Positions 24,581-36,399 of a DNA stretch of 64,000 bases are shown one piece after another. The translations under genes and the position numbers were made by a program. Below the pieces are notes generated by a model. The model was given only the letters and a program-made list of their open reading frames with translations. It was not told the DNA's origin and made no database searches. The stretch comes from Ginglymostoma cirratum (taxonomy: Eukaryota). The stretch is from assembly GCA_024137785.1 (NCBI GenBank), contig JAHRHZ010000105.1, forward strand, positions 6,328,219 to 6,392,218, written 5' to 3'. How positions within the stretch are numbered: position 1 is the stretch's first letter; each line of letters starts with the position of its first letter.

Positions 24581-25249
24581 TTTCCCACATTGAGAAATTC
24601 AGTACAATGTTAATAGTAAAATAATTTTCAAGTGTCAATTAGGGTTCCATCTTTCATTCCTGTGGAAAATGATTGCCTTTGCATACTGATTACAAAGCCA
24701 GCAGGAGAAACAATGCTTGCAACATTTTCAGGAATGGGGTCATCTGACAGAGGCGAATGCAACACTCCGCAGAGGCTTTAATGATACAGAAATTTGAAAA
24801 AGGTTAATACCCACTGCACTTAGTGAGCACAGTGCTACATTAGTGAGGACTGTGCTGTACTCATCAATTCACAATTTACAGCACAGTAGAGAGGAATTCA
24901 GTCAGCACTAAGTAGGTCTTGATTTTGATCTTTTGACATCTGATAACAATAATAAGCAAATAAATCCCAGAGGTTTTGTCTCCAGTGCAGTCGTGGAGAT
25001 TGTTGGAGGCCCTACCTTTAGTGCTGAAGGACTGGCAGGTATAATATACATTCCATTGCTACAATCCATTTATTACTTATCTAGTCTAAGTGCACAGAGT
25101 TCACTGGTTAATCTCATTTTATGTACTTCACGTAAAACAGGCTATCATACAAAAAGTTACTTGTATTTTTTGTAAAAACCGTAATTCTTGCTGGCCTTCA
25201 TTTTTAGATGCTTTGAATTACGTGTAAATGGAGAACGGCATTATCTATT

Positions 25250-25530
25250 ACAACAGCAATTTAAAATCCCCAAGGCACTTCATAATGCATAATCAGCCAG
25301 AAATTGACACACAGCCAAGAAAGACACATCTTGTCAAAGAATTAGGTTTTAAACAGCATCTTAAAGGAGGGGATGAGATGAAGAGGCCTTGAGGCTTTGG
25401 GAGGCAGCTTCTCAGTTAAAATCTAAATAGCTGAATGCACAGCTGCTAATGCAGGGGTAAATGAGGGACATATAAAAAGACTGAGGTAGTTTGGAGGGAC
25501 CGAGAAGGTTACAGTGATAGAGAGGGGGCA
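25250..25530 (-). mobile_element. Old L2-like LINE 3' fragment (related pieces ~18150-18390, 38880-39232, 50730-50910, 55450-55620)
   Basis: CCCCAAGGCACTTCA...GTCAAAGAATTAGGTTTTAAACAGCATCTTAAAGGAGG, a tail shared among these loci. Confidence 0.5.
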
Positions 25531-26223
25531 ATCTGTCGAGTGTGAGGTAACATAGTGTTTCTGGTGCTGGGACAGCAGCCCAGATATTATGGGGTAATGT
25601 TAAAGAAACTAAACGGATGGGAAACACATGGAATAAGAAACAACGCTGTTTTAAACCTCAGCCTTTGTTTGTTTTGTGTTACACCTAAAATCATTAACTA
25701 GGCAATGCGAGGGAATCAGCAAAATTGTCCTCAAATGTGATCAAATTCCATCCTAGCTGACACTAAAACTACATTCAATAATTCTGTTGGCTCTCACCAG
25801 GGGTTAAAAATAATTGCTAAAGCACTTTTAAATTGCAATCAACATGGTTTATTAATATTCTTCAGTGACTTTAATTACACCACATGGTTGACTGTTAGTG
25901 AGTTAGTAAACCATTTATGACCAAATACACACTGCCACATTCATAAAGCAACTAAGGGTGAGACGTTGATGTAGCCTTGCTATGAGATACCCAACGTTTT
26001 AATAGAACACTTTCTCAACGGTGCAAGGCTCTAAATGATTGTGGAGTAAGGGCATTCAAGTGTCCTTGTCTACTGATCTCTAGAATTTAGTGCGTAGGCT
26101 CCAGAATACAAGCACTGTGGATGAGGTGCAGCTGTAGTGTCCCTAGAAGACCCAAATTGAAGTTCTCCCTGCTCCAGAGATATGTTATAACATGTCTCAT
26201 ATCTAATAGGTCTAACTAGAAGA

Positions 26224-26225
<2 letters not shown>

Positions 26226-26273
<48 letters not shown>
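26226..26273. repeat. (AC)24 microsatellite
   Basis: Perfect AC run. Confidence 0.98.
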
Positions 26274-26276
<3 letters not shown>

Positions 26277-26489
26277 AAAGTACTTTGGCCAAGTAAGGTA
26301 CACTCATGAAAGAAGGATAGGCATGGATTGACCAAAATGGTGTCCGTTTCTGAAGTTATTTTGTATCCACACAAGCTGCTGATTCTTCGATTTCTTCCTA
26401 GAACAGTTATTCTACCTATTCCTGGTGTTTGTATGAACGTTTCTGGACACATTGCCACAGAATGCTTCAAGTAGTTTGACCTTGCTCTG

Positions 26490-27110
26490 TTACATATTCC
26501 CCCATGGAGACATTTATATTGAAAAACACCTTTGACCACAAGTCCATCAGGCAGTGGTCAGTACATAATATCCTTGAGGCCCTGCAGGAAAAAAGATGGT
26601 AAATATATCATGTAGTTCCCTGCGCCGACTGTCAAATTAATTTGGCAAAATGCTGGAACGTACGAATAAACAAGGAGACATCAGTTGACCAGAGTTCAGA
26701 AAGACCCTCTGCCAGCTGTTTCTTACATATCCAAAATCTCTGCTCCTCTGTATGTAGCCCCTGACGTGGTTGTGGTAGGAGAGAGATTGTTGTTCACTTT
26801 ACTGTGAAATATGCAGTTGCAAAGAAGGTCTGGAGAGAAATGCAGTGGTCTTTTGTTATGTCCATTCCTGAGCAGCTCGATGACACAGGATTCTGTGTTC
26901 TACAGGCTATCCCTCTGGCCTGAAGGACCATTAACATGGTGAAAGCCTTTTGTCTCCCCAAAATCTGCTGGTCTTCCAGTGCATGGAGTTGTCCTTGACA
27001 AAGAGTTGCAAACTGGCACATTACGATGTTTAGGACTACATGCTCGGGAAGCACTAAAGCTTCAGGTAGCCACTGCAAAGGTCATTGTCTAATGCCTTTC
27101 AGAAATGGTA
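26490..27110 (+). mobile_element. Tx1/L1-clade LINE ORF2 3' fragment
   Basis: GCAAAGAAGGTCTGGAGAGAAATGCAGTGG...AGCAGCTCGATGACACAGGATTCTGTG (AKKVWREMQW..SS.TQDSV); homologous to the minus-strand copy at 34250-34950. Confidence 0.7.
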
Positions 27111-28329
27111 CACCAAAGGATTGAAACTGCAGAACTCCTCAGACTTACTGCGGCTTTCAAGAACGTGCCTCACTGTGAATCAAGAACATTGAAAATGTAT
27201 TGTGGTGCCTCAAAGTGGAACATGGTATTTGGTGAAACAGTGTATATCCGTTGAACTTGCTTTAATTTCCAATTTAAGCATTGCTATGTAGAAAAATAGG
27301 TGTTGAAGTTTTATATTTTTACTCAACTAGGTCATAGGAAACAGAGTTGAGAAAAGAAACATAATTTTATAAAGAATGGAAAAAGGATGCTGGTTGGTTG
27401 GGCCATATTGTCATGGCGATGCAGCAAGAATAGTTAACTGTCAATCTCAATGATCAGATCAGACAGGTAAATTTGCAACTTGAAATGATTTTGCCCTTGG
27501 GCTGTATATCTGACATTAAATGTATTTTATAAACATTAAGTCCATTACAATTAAATTGAATGGAATATACTGTGCAGGGACAGCTTGAATTTTCATGCAA
27601 ATTGTGTAAAATTCAAGTTAAAATGTTTTGTCATTGCTTTTACAAATAAATGAATAAGGTATACTTTTGGGGGGAAAGTCTTCACAGAGCAGTTGTAATT
27701 GATTTAATTCCCTTTGCCTCAGATAGTGGGGTAGATTCTAAGGAAATCCTTTTCCGAGGCTCTCTGTGAGTGGTAAAGATGAATTTTGGTTTGTTTTTAA
27801 CATATACACTTTACTCAGAACAGTTGCAAAGAAACAGAGATGGAGTAATGGGGTGATGCTCTTCAGAAAGGTCAATTTTTTCACTCTCTGAGCTAAAAAA
27901 ATCTAAGTCTTATCTCATTCACAAACTGGGCCATGTGACCCCCTTCTTGAAAAGTCCTCCACTGTATATCCAAGCTCCCCTGCTCCTTGCAGGTGCAGTT
28001 TGGTTGCTATTGTACCCAGTGCCTTTTCCTTAGCAAAGTACCCTTTGTTTCAAAATTCAATTTATATCTATATAGGTCCACACATTTGTTTAAAAAGTAA
28101 TATTTGGATCACACATCTTCATGACAATACAAAGAGAACTGGAAATTTGGATTTCTCTCCCCTAAAAGCAATTGAATGTCGTGTCAATTGGAGTGTGTTT
28201 TTTGCAACTGAAAGCAACAGATAAGGATATTAAGGTGCATGGTCCAAAGAAGGGTAAATTGAGTTGAGGTGCAATGAACCCATAATTTAACTGATTCCTG
28301 AAATAAACTCATGACTTCTCCCTTCCACT

Positions 28330-29250
28330 TGTGATGGAAGGTGTATAACTTATATATAATAATACTTTTGGAAGTTGAATTTCAAAGTAGAGCCAGATGG
28401 GTGTTGTTTTTTTCTGTAAAGTGTTGTCTTTAAAAAAAATTCAGAGATTCCTTCTGGAGCAGTGACTAAATCCAGCATTTGTCACAAAAAAGGTGACTGC
28501 AGATTCTAATGGTGTTAATGGAAAGATACTTATATTGTAGGATTTATGATGGATGGGCTAAATATGTAAGGTCATAAGCTTTGTTTTTAGTTCAGAAGAA
28601 TCGAGGATGAACAAGTTTATTTTTAATTCAGTTCAAATGACAACAGGATTGATTTTATAAGGAAACTTATTTTCCTTTCCAAAAGGAGCTCAGGGCAGTT
28701 CATGGAACAATTATTTCAGCAGCAAGATCACAAGCGTGGGGCTGGAGAAAGGTTTAGTTTGTGAAACTTCCAAACCAGGAGATTTTGGTTAAAAATGTGC
28801 AGGTCTTTAGAACTAGGGAGTATGAGACTCTTGAGTGAGAATTTTGGTAGACTTGGAAAGGACTCAACTGAAACGTCCCCCAAAATCCACAGGAAAGAAT
28901 TTGAAATGAATCAGTTAAGTAGAACTCTAAAGTGTTGAGATATATGCGTCTTTTTTCTGGATTTGAGTCTCTGTAATGGATAGTATGGGAAACAGATTGA
29001 AACATTATTTTGCTGTATGCTTTGAGTTCTTCCTAATTATCTTCTATGTTTAGTTTGCTTTGAATTTAATTCATTTTATATAGTTAACTTGAACAACGTC
29101 GTTGTTAAAAGAAATCCGCAGACTTGTGTGCACATCTCAGTGAATAACTGCTCTATTAACTAACTAAACAAAAATACATGTGATATATCAATTTAAGTTT
29201 AATTCTAGGAAGTAACTTTTCAAGTCAGACTATGAGATAGGATCATAATA
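28330..29250 (+). mobile_element. Possible old solo LTR
   Basis: Starts TGTGATGG and ends GGATCATAATA (a possible decayed TG...CA terminus) with an LTR-like AT-rich 3' part. No TSD seen. Confidence 0.25.
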
Positions 29251-29419
29251 CATCATTCTCAATGTGAATGGTGAGTCTCGATGTACAGGTGATATGGCAA
29301 CAGCATTCTTGCCCTGTAATCCAGAGATTGCTAGATTGAAATCACCCTTGGCTCAAGTACAGGCTAACTGTTGGCTGCACGCAATGGCCTGTTTCGATGC
29401 TATATACTTGAAGTAAAGG

Positions 29420-29615
29420 GGTCAGTTAGTTCAGTTGGCTGGACAACAGCTTTTATTATACTGCAGAGTGATCCCAATAGCATAGGTTCAATTTTCACAC
29501 CAGCTGAAATTACCGTGAAGGACTCTCCTTCTCAACGTCTTTCCCCTCACCTAAGGCATGGTGACCCTTAGGTTCAAGCAACACCAGTCTTCTCTCTACG
29601 AGAGGGCAGCCTAAT
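29420..29615 (+). mobile_element. tRNA-headed SINE (family C)
   Basis: GGGTCAGTTAGTTCAGTTGGCTGGA (A box)...GGTTCAATT (B box)...GTGAAGGACTCTCCTTCTCAAC...GGTGACCCT. Confidence 0.7.
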
Positions 29616-31002
29616 GATGACCCAAAGTAGGTCTATCTTGACAATTTTGAATCCAAGGAATGGGAAACAGGACTGATTGTTCTCTTGCCTAACTCAATGC
29701 CAGAGTAACACTACTGCCCAAACTTAGTTGAGATCTGGCTAACTCTCTTGGGTTGAACCTGGCAACTTCCTAATCCATAAGATTCTGAAATGACACATCA
29801 GTGGGTGCATTTACAAAGTGTGTCATGAGAGGGGAAAAACTGTGTATGCTTGCACAAGCTGCCAGGTCACAGGAAATTCAGGGATATAAAAGGTTTAAGG
29901 ATTCTTTTTGCCCAAACAAAAGACAATACAAATACAAGAGACCATAACAGTAGATTAGAATTTCTTTCTTTTCTGTTTCTTTGTAGATGTTAAATTTGTT
30001 ACAATAAATCGAGTTATTTTTTCCGTTAATGATGAAATCTGATGTGAATTGCTTTTGTCCTGGACAGCAATCCATCAAGCAGGTTGGTCATTTGGTGGTC
30101 CATTTGGAAATTTGTACATTTTGAATGGCTTGTGAATATGTTATGTAGAGGCCTCCTGGCAGTAGCTAGGTTGTGGGGCAGAAAATAAATCAGGAGATAG
30201 AAAAAGTATGTAAGAAAGGCACTATTACAATAATCATGGAGAACTTCAATTTGCAGGTGGACTGGGAAAATCAGGTAGCAGATCCTAAGAAAAGGTGCTC
30301 ATGGAATAACTGTGAGATAGATATTTGGAACAGCCTGTTGTAGATAGAGCCCACCAGGGAACAGGCAGTTCTCGATCTGGTGATGTGTAATGAGGCAGAC
30401 TTGATTAGTGAGCTTAAGGTGAAGGAACCCCTAGGGGGCAGTGACTATAATACGTTAGAATTCACCATGCAGTTTGACAGGGAGAAGATTGAATCAGATG
30501 TAAAGGTATTACAATTGACTAAAAGTAACTACAAAGACAGGAGAGAGAGTTAGCCAGGCTTGATTGGAAGGGGAGCATAGCAGGGAAGACAATGGAGCAG
30601 CAATGGCAGAGGTTTCTGGGGGTTGTTCAGGTGGCATAGCAGATATTCATCCAAGGAAGAAGAAAGATATCTAGGGGATGACAAGGCAACCATGACTGAT
30701 GAGGAAAGTCAGGGACAGTGTAAAAGCAAAAGAAAAAGCATACAATGTGGTGAAGATTAGTGGGAAGCCAGAGGATTGGGAAGTCTTTTAAAAACCAGCA
30801 GAGAACAGCTAAAAAAAAAAAGCAATAAGGGAGAAAATGAAATATGAGGGCAAGCTAGCTAGTAATATAAAAGAAGATTGCAAGAGATATTTTAGGTATC
30901 TAAAAGGTAACAGAGAGGCAAGAAAGGATGTTGGGCTGCTGAAAAATGAGGCTGGAGAAGTGGTAATGGGGAACAAAGAAATGGCAGAGGAACTGATTAG
31001 GT

Positions 31003-31155
31003 ACTTTGTATCAGAGATAAAAGGTACTGCAGATGCTGGAGAATCCGAGATAACAAGCATGGGGCTGGATGAACACAGCAGGTCAAGCAGCATCATAAGA
31101 GCAGGAAAACTTGACGTTTCGGGCCTAAACCCTTCATCAGAAAACTTTGTATCAG
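31003..31155 (-). mobile_element. Young Penelope-derived mini-element with intact hammerhead core and 12-bp TSD, nested in CR1 ORF2
   Basis: TSD ACTTTGTATCAG at 31003-31014 and 31144-31155. Confidence 0.95.
31109..31143 (-). ncRNA. Minimal type-I hammerhead ribozyme motif (predicted dimeric)
   Basis: Minus strand reads UUU-CUGAUGA-A-GGGU(UUAG)GCCC-GAAAC-GUC-AAG. Activity is untested. Confidence 0.7.
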
Positions 31156-33167
31156 TTTTCACAGTGGAAGACAGCAGCAGCGTACCAGAACTTTAAGAGA
31201 GTCAGCAGACAGAGGTGAGTGGCCATCATGAAGGAGAAGATGCTGGGAAAGCTGAAAGTCTGAAGGTGGATAAATCAGCTGCACTGGATGGACTACAGCC
31301 CATGATTCTGAGGGAGATAGCTGAGGTGTTGTGGAAGCATTGGTGGTGATCTTTTCTGGAATCACTGCAGTCAGGGAGGATCCCAGAAGACTGTGAAAAT
31401 GGCTTATGTAACATTGCTGTTTAAGAAGGGAGGGATGCAAAAGATGGGGAATTATAGGTCCGTTAGCCTGATCTCGGTCATTGGTAAGATTACGGAGTCC
31501 ATTATTACAGATGAGATTCTGGATTATTTGGAAGTGCATAGAAAAATAGAGCTGAGTGAACATGGTTTTGTCAAGAGGAGGTCATGCCTGATAAATCTGT
31601 TAGAATTCTTTGAGGAGGTACCAAGCAAGTTAAACAAAGGAAAGCCAGTGGACATGATCTCTTTGGATTTCAAGCAGACTTTTGACAAGGTGCTACACAA
31701 GAGGCTGCAAAATAAAATAGTAGCCCATGGTGTTAGGAACAAGATACTGGCATGGATAAAGGATTGGCTGATTGGCAGAAGGCAGAGAGTAGGAATAAAA
31801 AGGTATTTTCCAGGATAGCAGCCAGTGACTAATAGAGTTCCACAGGGGTCAGTATTGGGACCTCAACTATTCAAATTATACATTAACGATCTGGATGAAG
31901 GAATTCAGGGCATTGTTGCTACATATACAGATGACACAAAGATGGGTGAAGGGGCACATAGTGTTGAGGTGGTGAGGAGGTTGCAGAAGGATTTGGACAG
32001 GCTAGGAGAGAGAGCAAAGAAATGGCAGATGGAATACAATGTGGGAAAGTATGAGGTTTTGCACTTTGGTTGGAAGAATAGAGGTGTAGACTATTTTCTA
32101 AATGGGGAAAGGCTTTGGAAATCTGAAGCACTAATTTAGGAGTCTTAGTTCAGAGTTCTCTCAAGGCTAACATGCAGGTTGAGTTGGCAGTCAGGAAGAC
32201 AAATGCAATGTTAGCTTTCATTTTGAGGCTAGAATACAAGAGCAGAGATGTACTGCTGCAGCTGTATCAGGCACTGGTCAGACCACACTTGGAATATTAT
32301 GAGCAGTTTGGGCCCCATGATGGAGGGGTTTACAAGAATGACTCTGGGGATCAAGGGCTTGTAATATCAGGAGTGCTTGAGGACTCTGGATCTGTACTTG
32401 ATGGAATTTAGAAGGATGATCGGGATCTCACTGAAACTTACACAATACTGAGAGGCCTGGGGATAGAGTGGATGTGGTGAAGTCATTTTCCACTCATAGG
32501 AGAGACTAGGCCCCAAAGGCACAGCCTCAGAGTGAAAGGTCAACCTTTTTAGAGCTGAGACGAGGATGAATTTCTTCAGCCTGAGGGTGGTGAATCTGCG
32601 GAACTCATTGATACAGACGGCTGTGGAAGCCAAGTCATTGAGAGCATTGAAGGCAGAGATTCTTGATTGGTAGGGGAATCAAGGGTAGCACGGAGAAGGC
32701 AGGAGAATGGGGAAACATGTCAGCCATGATCTAATGGTTGAGCACACTCAATTACTGGTACACTCTTCCTAGTTAAATTATACCAAATGTTTGAAGGATC
32801 GTTTACGATCTTTAAACCGGTCAATGTACGAATAGATGTGGAGTTAGTTTGAGTGGTGAATGGTAAAAGGACAGAATCCAGGTTTTGTCCCACTAAAATA
32901 AAATTGCATCACAAGCAGGTAAAGTCATCCTGCATTTGGAACAGGTATCCTTGATGGATTGCAGGAATTAACAAAAGCCCAACTGCTGGAATTGGCAAAT
33001 AAATTAAACATGGCCTGCCATATTCTTTTCATAGTCTGTGTCCCTCTTTGTTATATACTGTGCTTCGATGGATCTGGGGGCATTTACTCATGTTAAAGGC
33101 ACCATAATAATAGAAGTTGTCACAGTCTACCTTTCTCCAACATTTGCAAAATGCAAAGTAATATCAG

Positions 33168-33360
33168 ACCATAGAGCTGCTCTCTCATTAGAGGGAGAGA
33201 AATGATAGGTGATGGTTTAACATGAGGGTCATCACCCCTCAGGTGAGGGGAGAGATTGAGAACGAGAGTCCTTCATGGTAACCTCAGCCTGTGGGGCAAT
33301 TGAGCCCATACTGCTGGCATCACTCCAAATTCCAAACCTTATCACAAGCTAACCAACCCT
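33168..33360 (-). mobile_element. tRNA-headed SINE (family C)
   Basis: GACCATAGAGCTGCTCTCTCATTAGAG...CTCAGGTGAGGGGAGAGATTGAGAAC...GGTAACCTCAGCC. Confidence 0.75.
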
Positions 33361-33592
33361 CCTCCTTAAACTCAGCAACATGATTCTCCTCAAATACTCA
33401 CATCCACATTTCACACTGGGCAGGTGGGGAAGATGTGGTAATGCCACTGGATTTATTCAGTGCTATCCTACAAAGATGGCCCCGAGGTTTGCTTATGCCC
33501 ATCCCAAGTATTGCAGCTACCAATCCCCTACATGATTTTTAAAAACCACCATCAGGTCACCTGCTCAGTCTTCTGCTGCTTAGGGAATTTTG

Positions 33593-33941
33593 TTTTTATT
33601 CATTAATGGGATGAGGGTGTTACTGGCCAGGCAGCATTTATTGCCCATCCCTAATTGCCCAGCTGGCAGTTCAGAGTCAAGCTCATTGCTGTGGGTCTGG
33701 AGTCATATGTAAGCCAGACCAGATAAGAATGGCAGTTTCCCTCCCTAAAGGACGTAAGTGAACCGGATGGGCTTTTCTGACAATCAGCAATGGGTACATG
33801 GTCATCATTAGACTCTTAATTCCAGATATTTTATTGAATCCACCATCTGCCATGGCTGGATTCAAACCCCAGTCCCTAGAACATTATCTGGTTCTCTGCA
33901 TTAATAGTCCAGCAATAACAGTTCTAGGCTATCACCACCCC
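33593..33941 (-). mobile_element. tRNA-headed SINE (family B) sharing its 3' tail with LINE family B
   Basis: GCATTTATTGCCCATCCCTAATTGCCC tail and GGATTCAAACCC B box; homologous to 45948-46310. Confidence 0.85.
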
Positions 33942-33999
33942 GAATTCTGTTTCAGTATCTCCACCAGGAAGTGCCTCAGGCCTCGTTGTCATATTCTGA

Positions 34000-36380
34000 G
34001 TGCTATATACATTTTTGTTTTGCAAAAATATATTTTATTAATAAGAAATCTTTACGTACATACACATGTACTAAAGCAGTTCTGTACAGTCTTTGCATAT
34101 TGAGAAAAATAAATATTGACATTCCCTGCAGTTGCAAAATCCAAAGGCATTTGTTATTTATGAAGGACACTATTTACATATATTTGAGGCAATGAAAGGG
34201 TCTGACAACTGAATGGGCCCCCATTGTACTTTGGTGAGAAGACCTTAGATGGTGGTCTTTCCCCACCGTGTCTTGGCGGCAGCTATCCCATGCTTTAGTG
34301 CATCCCTCAACGCGTAGTCCTGGGCCTGCAACACTCGGTTGAATGCTTGCGCTGGAAGACCAACAAGTTTCAAGCAGAACAAAGAGTGTCTTTCACCAAG
34401 ATGATGGTTCTCCAAGTGCAGTCTCGGTGTGCATCCTGGGAAAAAGAGCACAGAGCTCTGTGTCATGGAGCTGCTTGGGACAAACCTCGACAAAAACTAC
34501 TGCATCTCTCTCCAGACTTTCTTTGTAAGGGCACATTCCAGAAAGAGATGTGACAGTCTCAACTTTCCTGCAGCTGCTTCGATGGCAGTATGTGGTGGTG
34601 GAGAGAGTGCGGCATAAATGGAAGAACTGATGGGAAGTACCCTTCTCACCACTAGCCAAGCAATGTCTTGGTGCTTGTTGGAAAGGGAAGGAAACTGCCA
34701 TCCTTACCTGGTCTGGCTTACATGTGACTCCAGACCCACGTCAATGTGGTTGACCCTGAACTACTGTCTGGGAAATTAGGGGTGCTTGTTGGAAAGTTTT
34801 GGTGATGAGGCATTCTGTCAAATTACTTTGACAGTCTGCTTAGGGAACCATGCGACAAGATCTACCCTCTCCTTTTCCTGTAGGGTCTCAAGGAGGTTAC
34901 AAGATGACCACTTCCTGATGGACTTGTGATTTCTTCACAAATTTTTCCACGAGAGGTAGATGATAAGGAATGGCTCAACTACTTGCAACATTCCACAGCA
35001 ATGAGGCCAAACCCATCCCTTGTAATACAGGGGACAGGTAGAACCTCAGTGTGCAGTGACACTTGGTGTTTGTGTAGCGAGGATCTATGCACAGCTTGAT
35101 GCAGCCACACAGGGTGAGGTGATGGACTAATGGTATGATCACTGGATTGTTAATCCAGAGACCCAAGTAACTTTCTACACTCCAGGTTTAAATCCTGCCA
35201 TGATAGATGATGGGGTTTGAATTCAAATAAACAAAAATCTGGAATTAAGAGTCTAATGATGATCATGAAACCATTGCCCATTTTCAGGAAAAACCCACCT
35301 AGTTCACTAATGTCGTTTGGTGAAGGAAATCTGCCATCCTTACCAGGTCTGGCTGACATGTGACTCCAGAACTACAGCCATGTGGTTGGCTCTTAACTAT
35401 CCTCTGGGCAATTAGGGATAGGCAATAAATGCTGGCCGAGCCAGTGACGCCATCATTCCACAAATGAATTTAAATAAAACACAACAGAGGCCATCAGGAT
35501 GAGGGCAGTATAGGGTATGTCTTTCCCACCCTCTCTTATCCAGAGCTTTGTACATTGTGTCTCTGCAGACATTGTCCATCTTAGACCTCCAGCTGAAGTG
35601 GAAGATGACTCGGGTGACTGCAGTGGCACAGGATCAGGGAGTGGGCTAGAACTGCACCAAATGCAGCAACACTGAGAGTACCTCACACCTGATGACCAGG
35701 TTTTTTTCTCGTGATGGAGAGGGAGTAGAGCTCCAACCTGCACAGTTTCTGCCTCACCTTGGTGATTCACTCCTCCCAAATTTTAGCATCAATCCCTCTG
35801 AATCATATTCCCAGCACCTTCAGATAGTCTGACCCAATGGAGAAGGTGATAAAGGGTCAGTCAGGCCAATTCCCAAAGAACGTGGTCTCACTCTTGCCTC
35901 GATTTACCTTGGCACCCAAGGCCAGTACAAACTGGTTGCAGATGCTCATGGGTCTGTGCACTGACAGCAGATCCAAACAGAAAACAGCAGTGCCATCCAA
36001 GCACAGGGAGGCTTTGACCTGCAGGCCTCTGCCACCTGGAATAGTTGCCCCTCTCAGGCTTGCATCCTTCCTGATGGATTCAGCAAAAGGCTTGATACAA
36101 CACACAAACAAGGCCGGAGAGAGTGTGCAGCCCTGCCTGACTCTGGATCTAATTGGGAAACTTTCTGATTCCCACCCATTGATTGAGGCTGAACTAATTA
36201 AGGTGTTGTAGAGCAGTCTGATCCAATTGGGGATCTCATCCCAAATGCCTATTTCCTCATGTTGGTGTGCGAGATCCTATCCAAGGCCTTCTCCTGGTCC
36301 AGACAAACAGAGGCAGATATTCCACCCCAACCCCAAGCTGCACGTGGGTGATGGCATCCCTGAGGAGTGCCAGAAATCGT
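34000..36380 (-). mobile_element. Tx1/L1-clade LINE ORF2 relic, interrupted by SINEs
   Basis: Minus-strand peptides LDQEKALDRISH (RT), IRSRVRQGCTLSPALFVCCIKPFAESIRKD, ALGAKVNRGKSE and SRFVPSSSMTQSSVLF; T-rich/poly(A)-like end near 34015. Confidence 0.85.
35114..35478 (+). mobile_element. tRNA-headed SINE (family B), near full length
   Basis: GAGGTGATGGACTAATGGTATGATCACTGGA...GTTCACTAATGTC...GGGCAATTAGGGATAGGCAATAAATGCTGGCC. Confidence 0.85.
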
Positions 36381-36399
36381 CCTGCCCAGTACAGCACTG

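Larger units (their letters stand above)
30140..32770 (+). mobile_element. CR1 LINE, long ORF2 relic (end of APE endonuclease, RT, 3' UTR)
   Basis: LDLVMCN / LGGSD endonuclease motifs at ~30370-30450; RT peptides GNYRSVSLISVIGK, GFVKRRSCLINLLEFFE, LDFKQTFDKVLH, VPQGSVLGPQLF..YIND, YTDDTK, YQALVRPHLEY. Multiple frameshifts. Confidence 0.95.

Noticed and set aside
25482-25500. TGAGGTAGT let-7-like seed
   Set aside because: The rest does not match let-7, no precursor hairpin is evident, and it lies inside an L2-like fragment.
30837-31196. The mini-element insertion (141 bp including TSD) keeps the CR1 reading frame open, suggesting a tolerated in-frame insert
   Set aside because: The host CR1 is frameshifted on both sides, and a length divisible by three is expected by chance one time in three.
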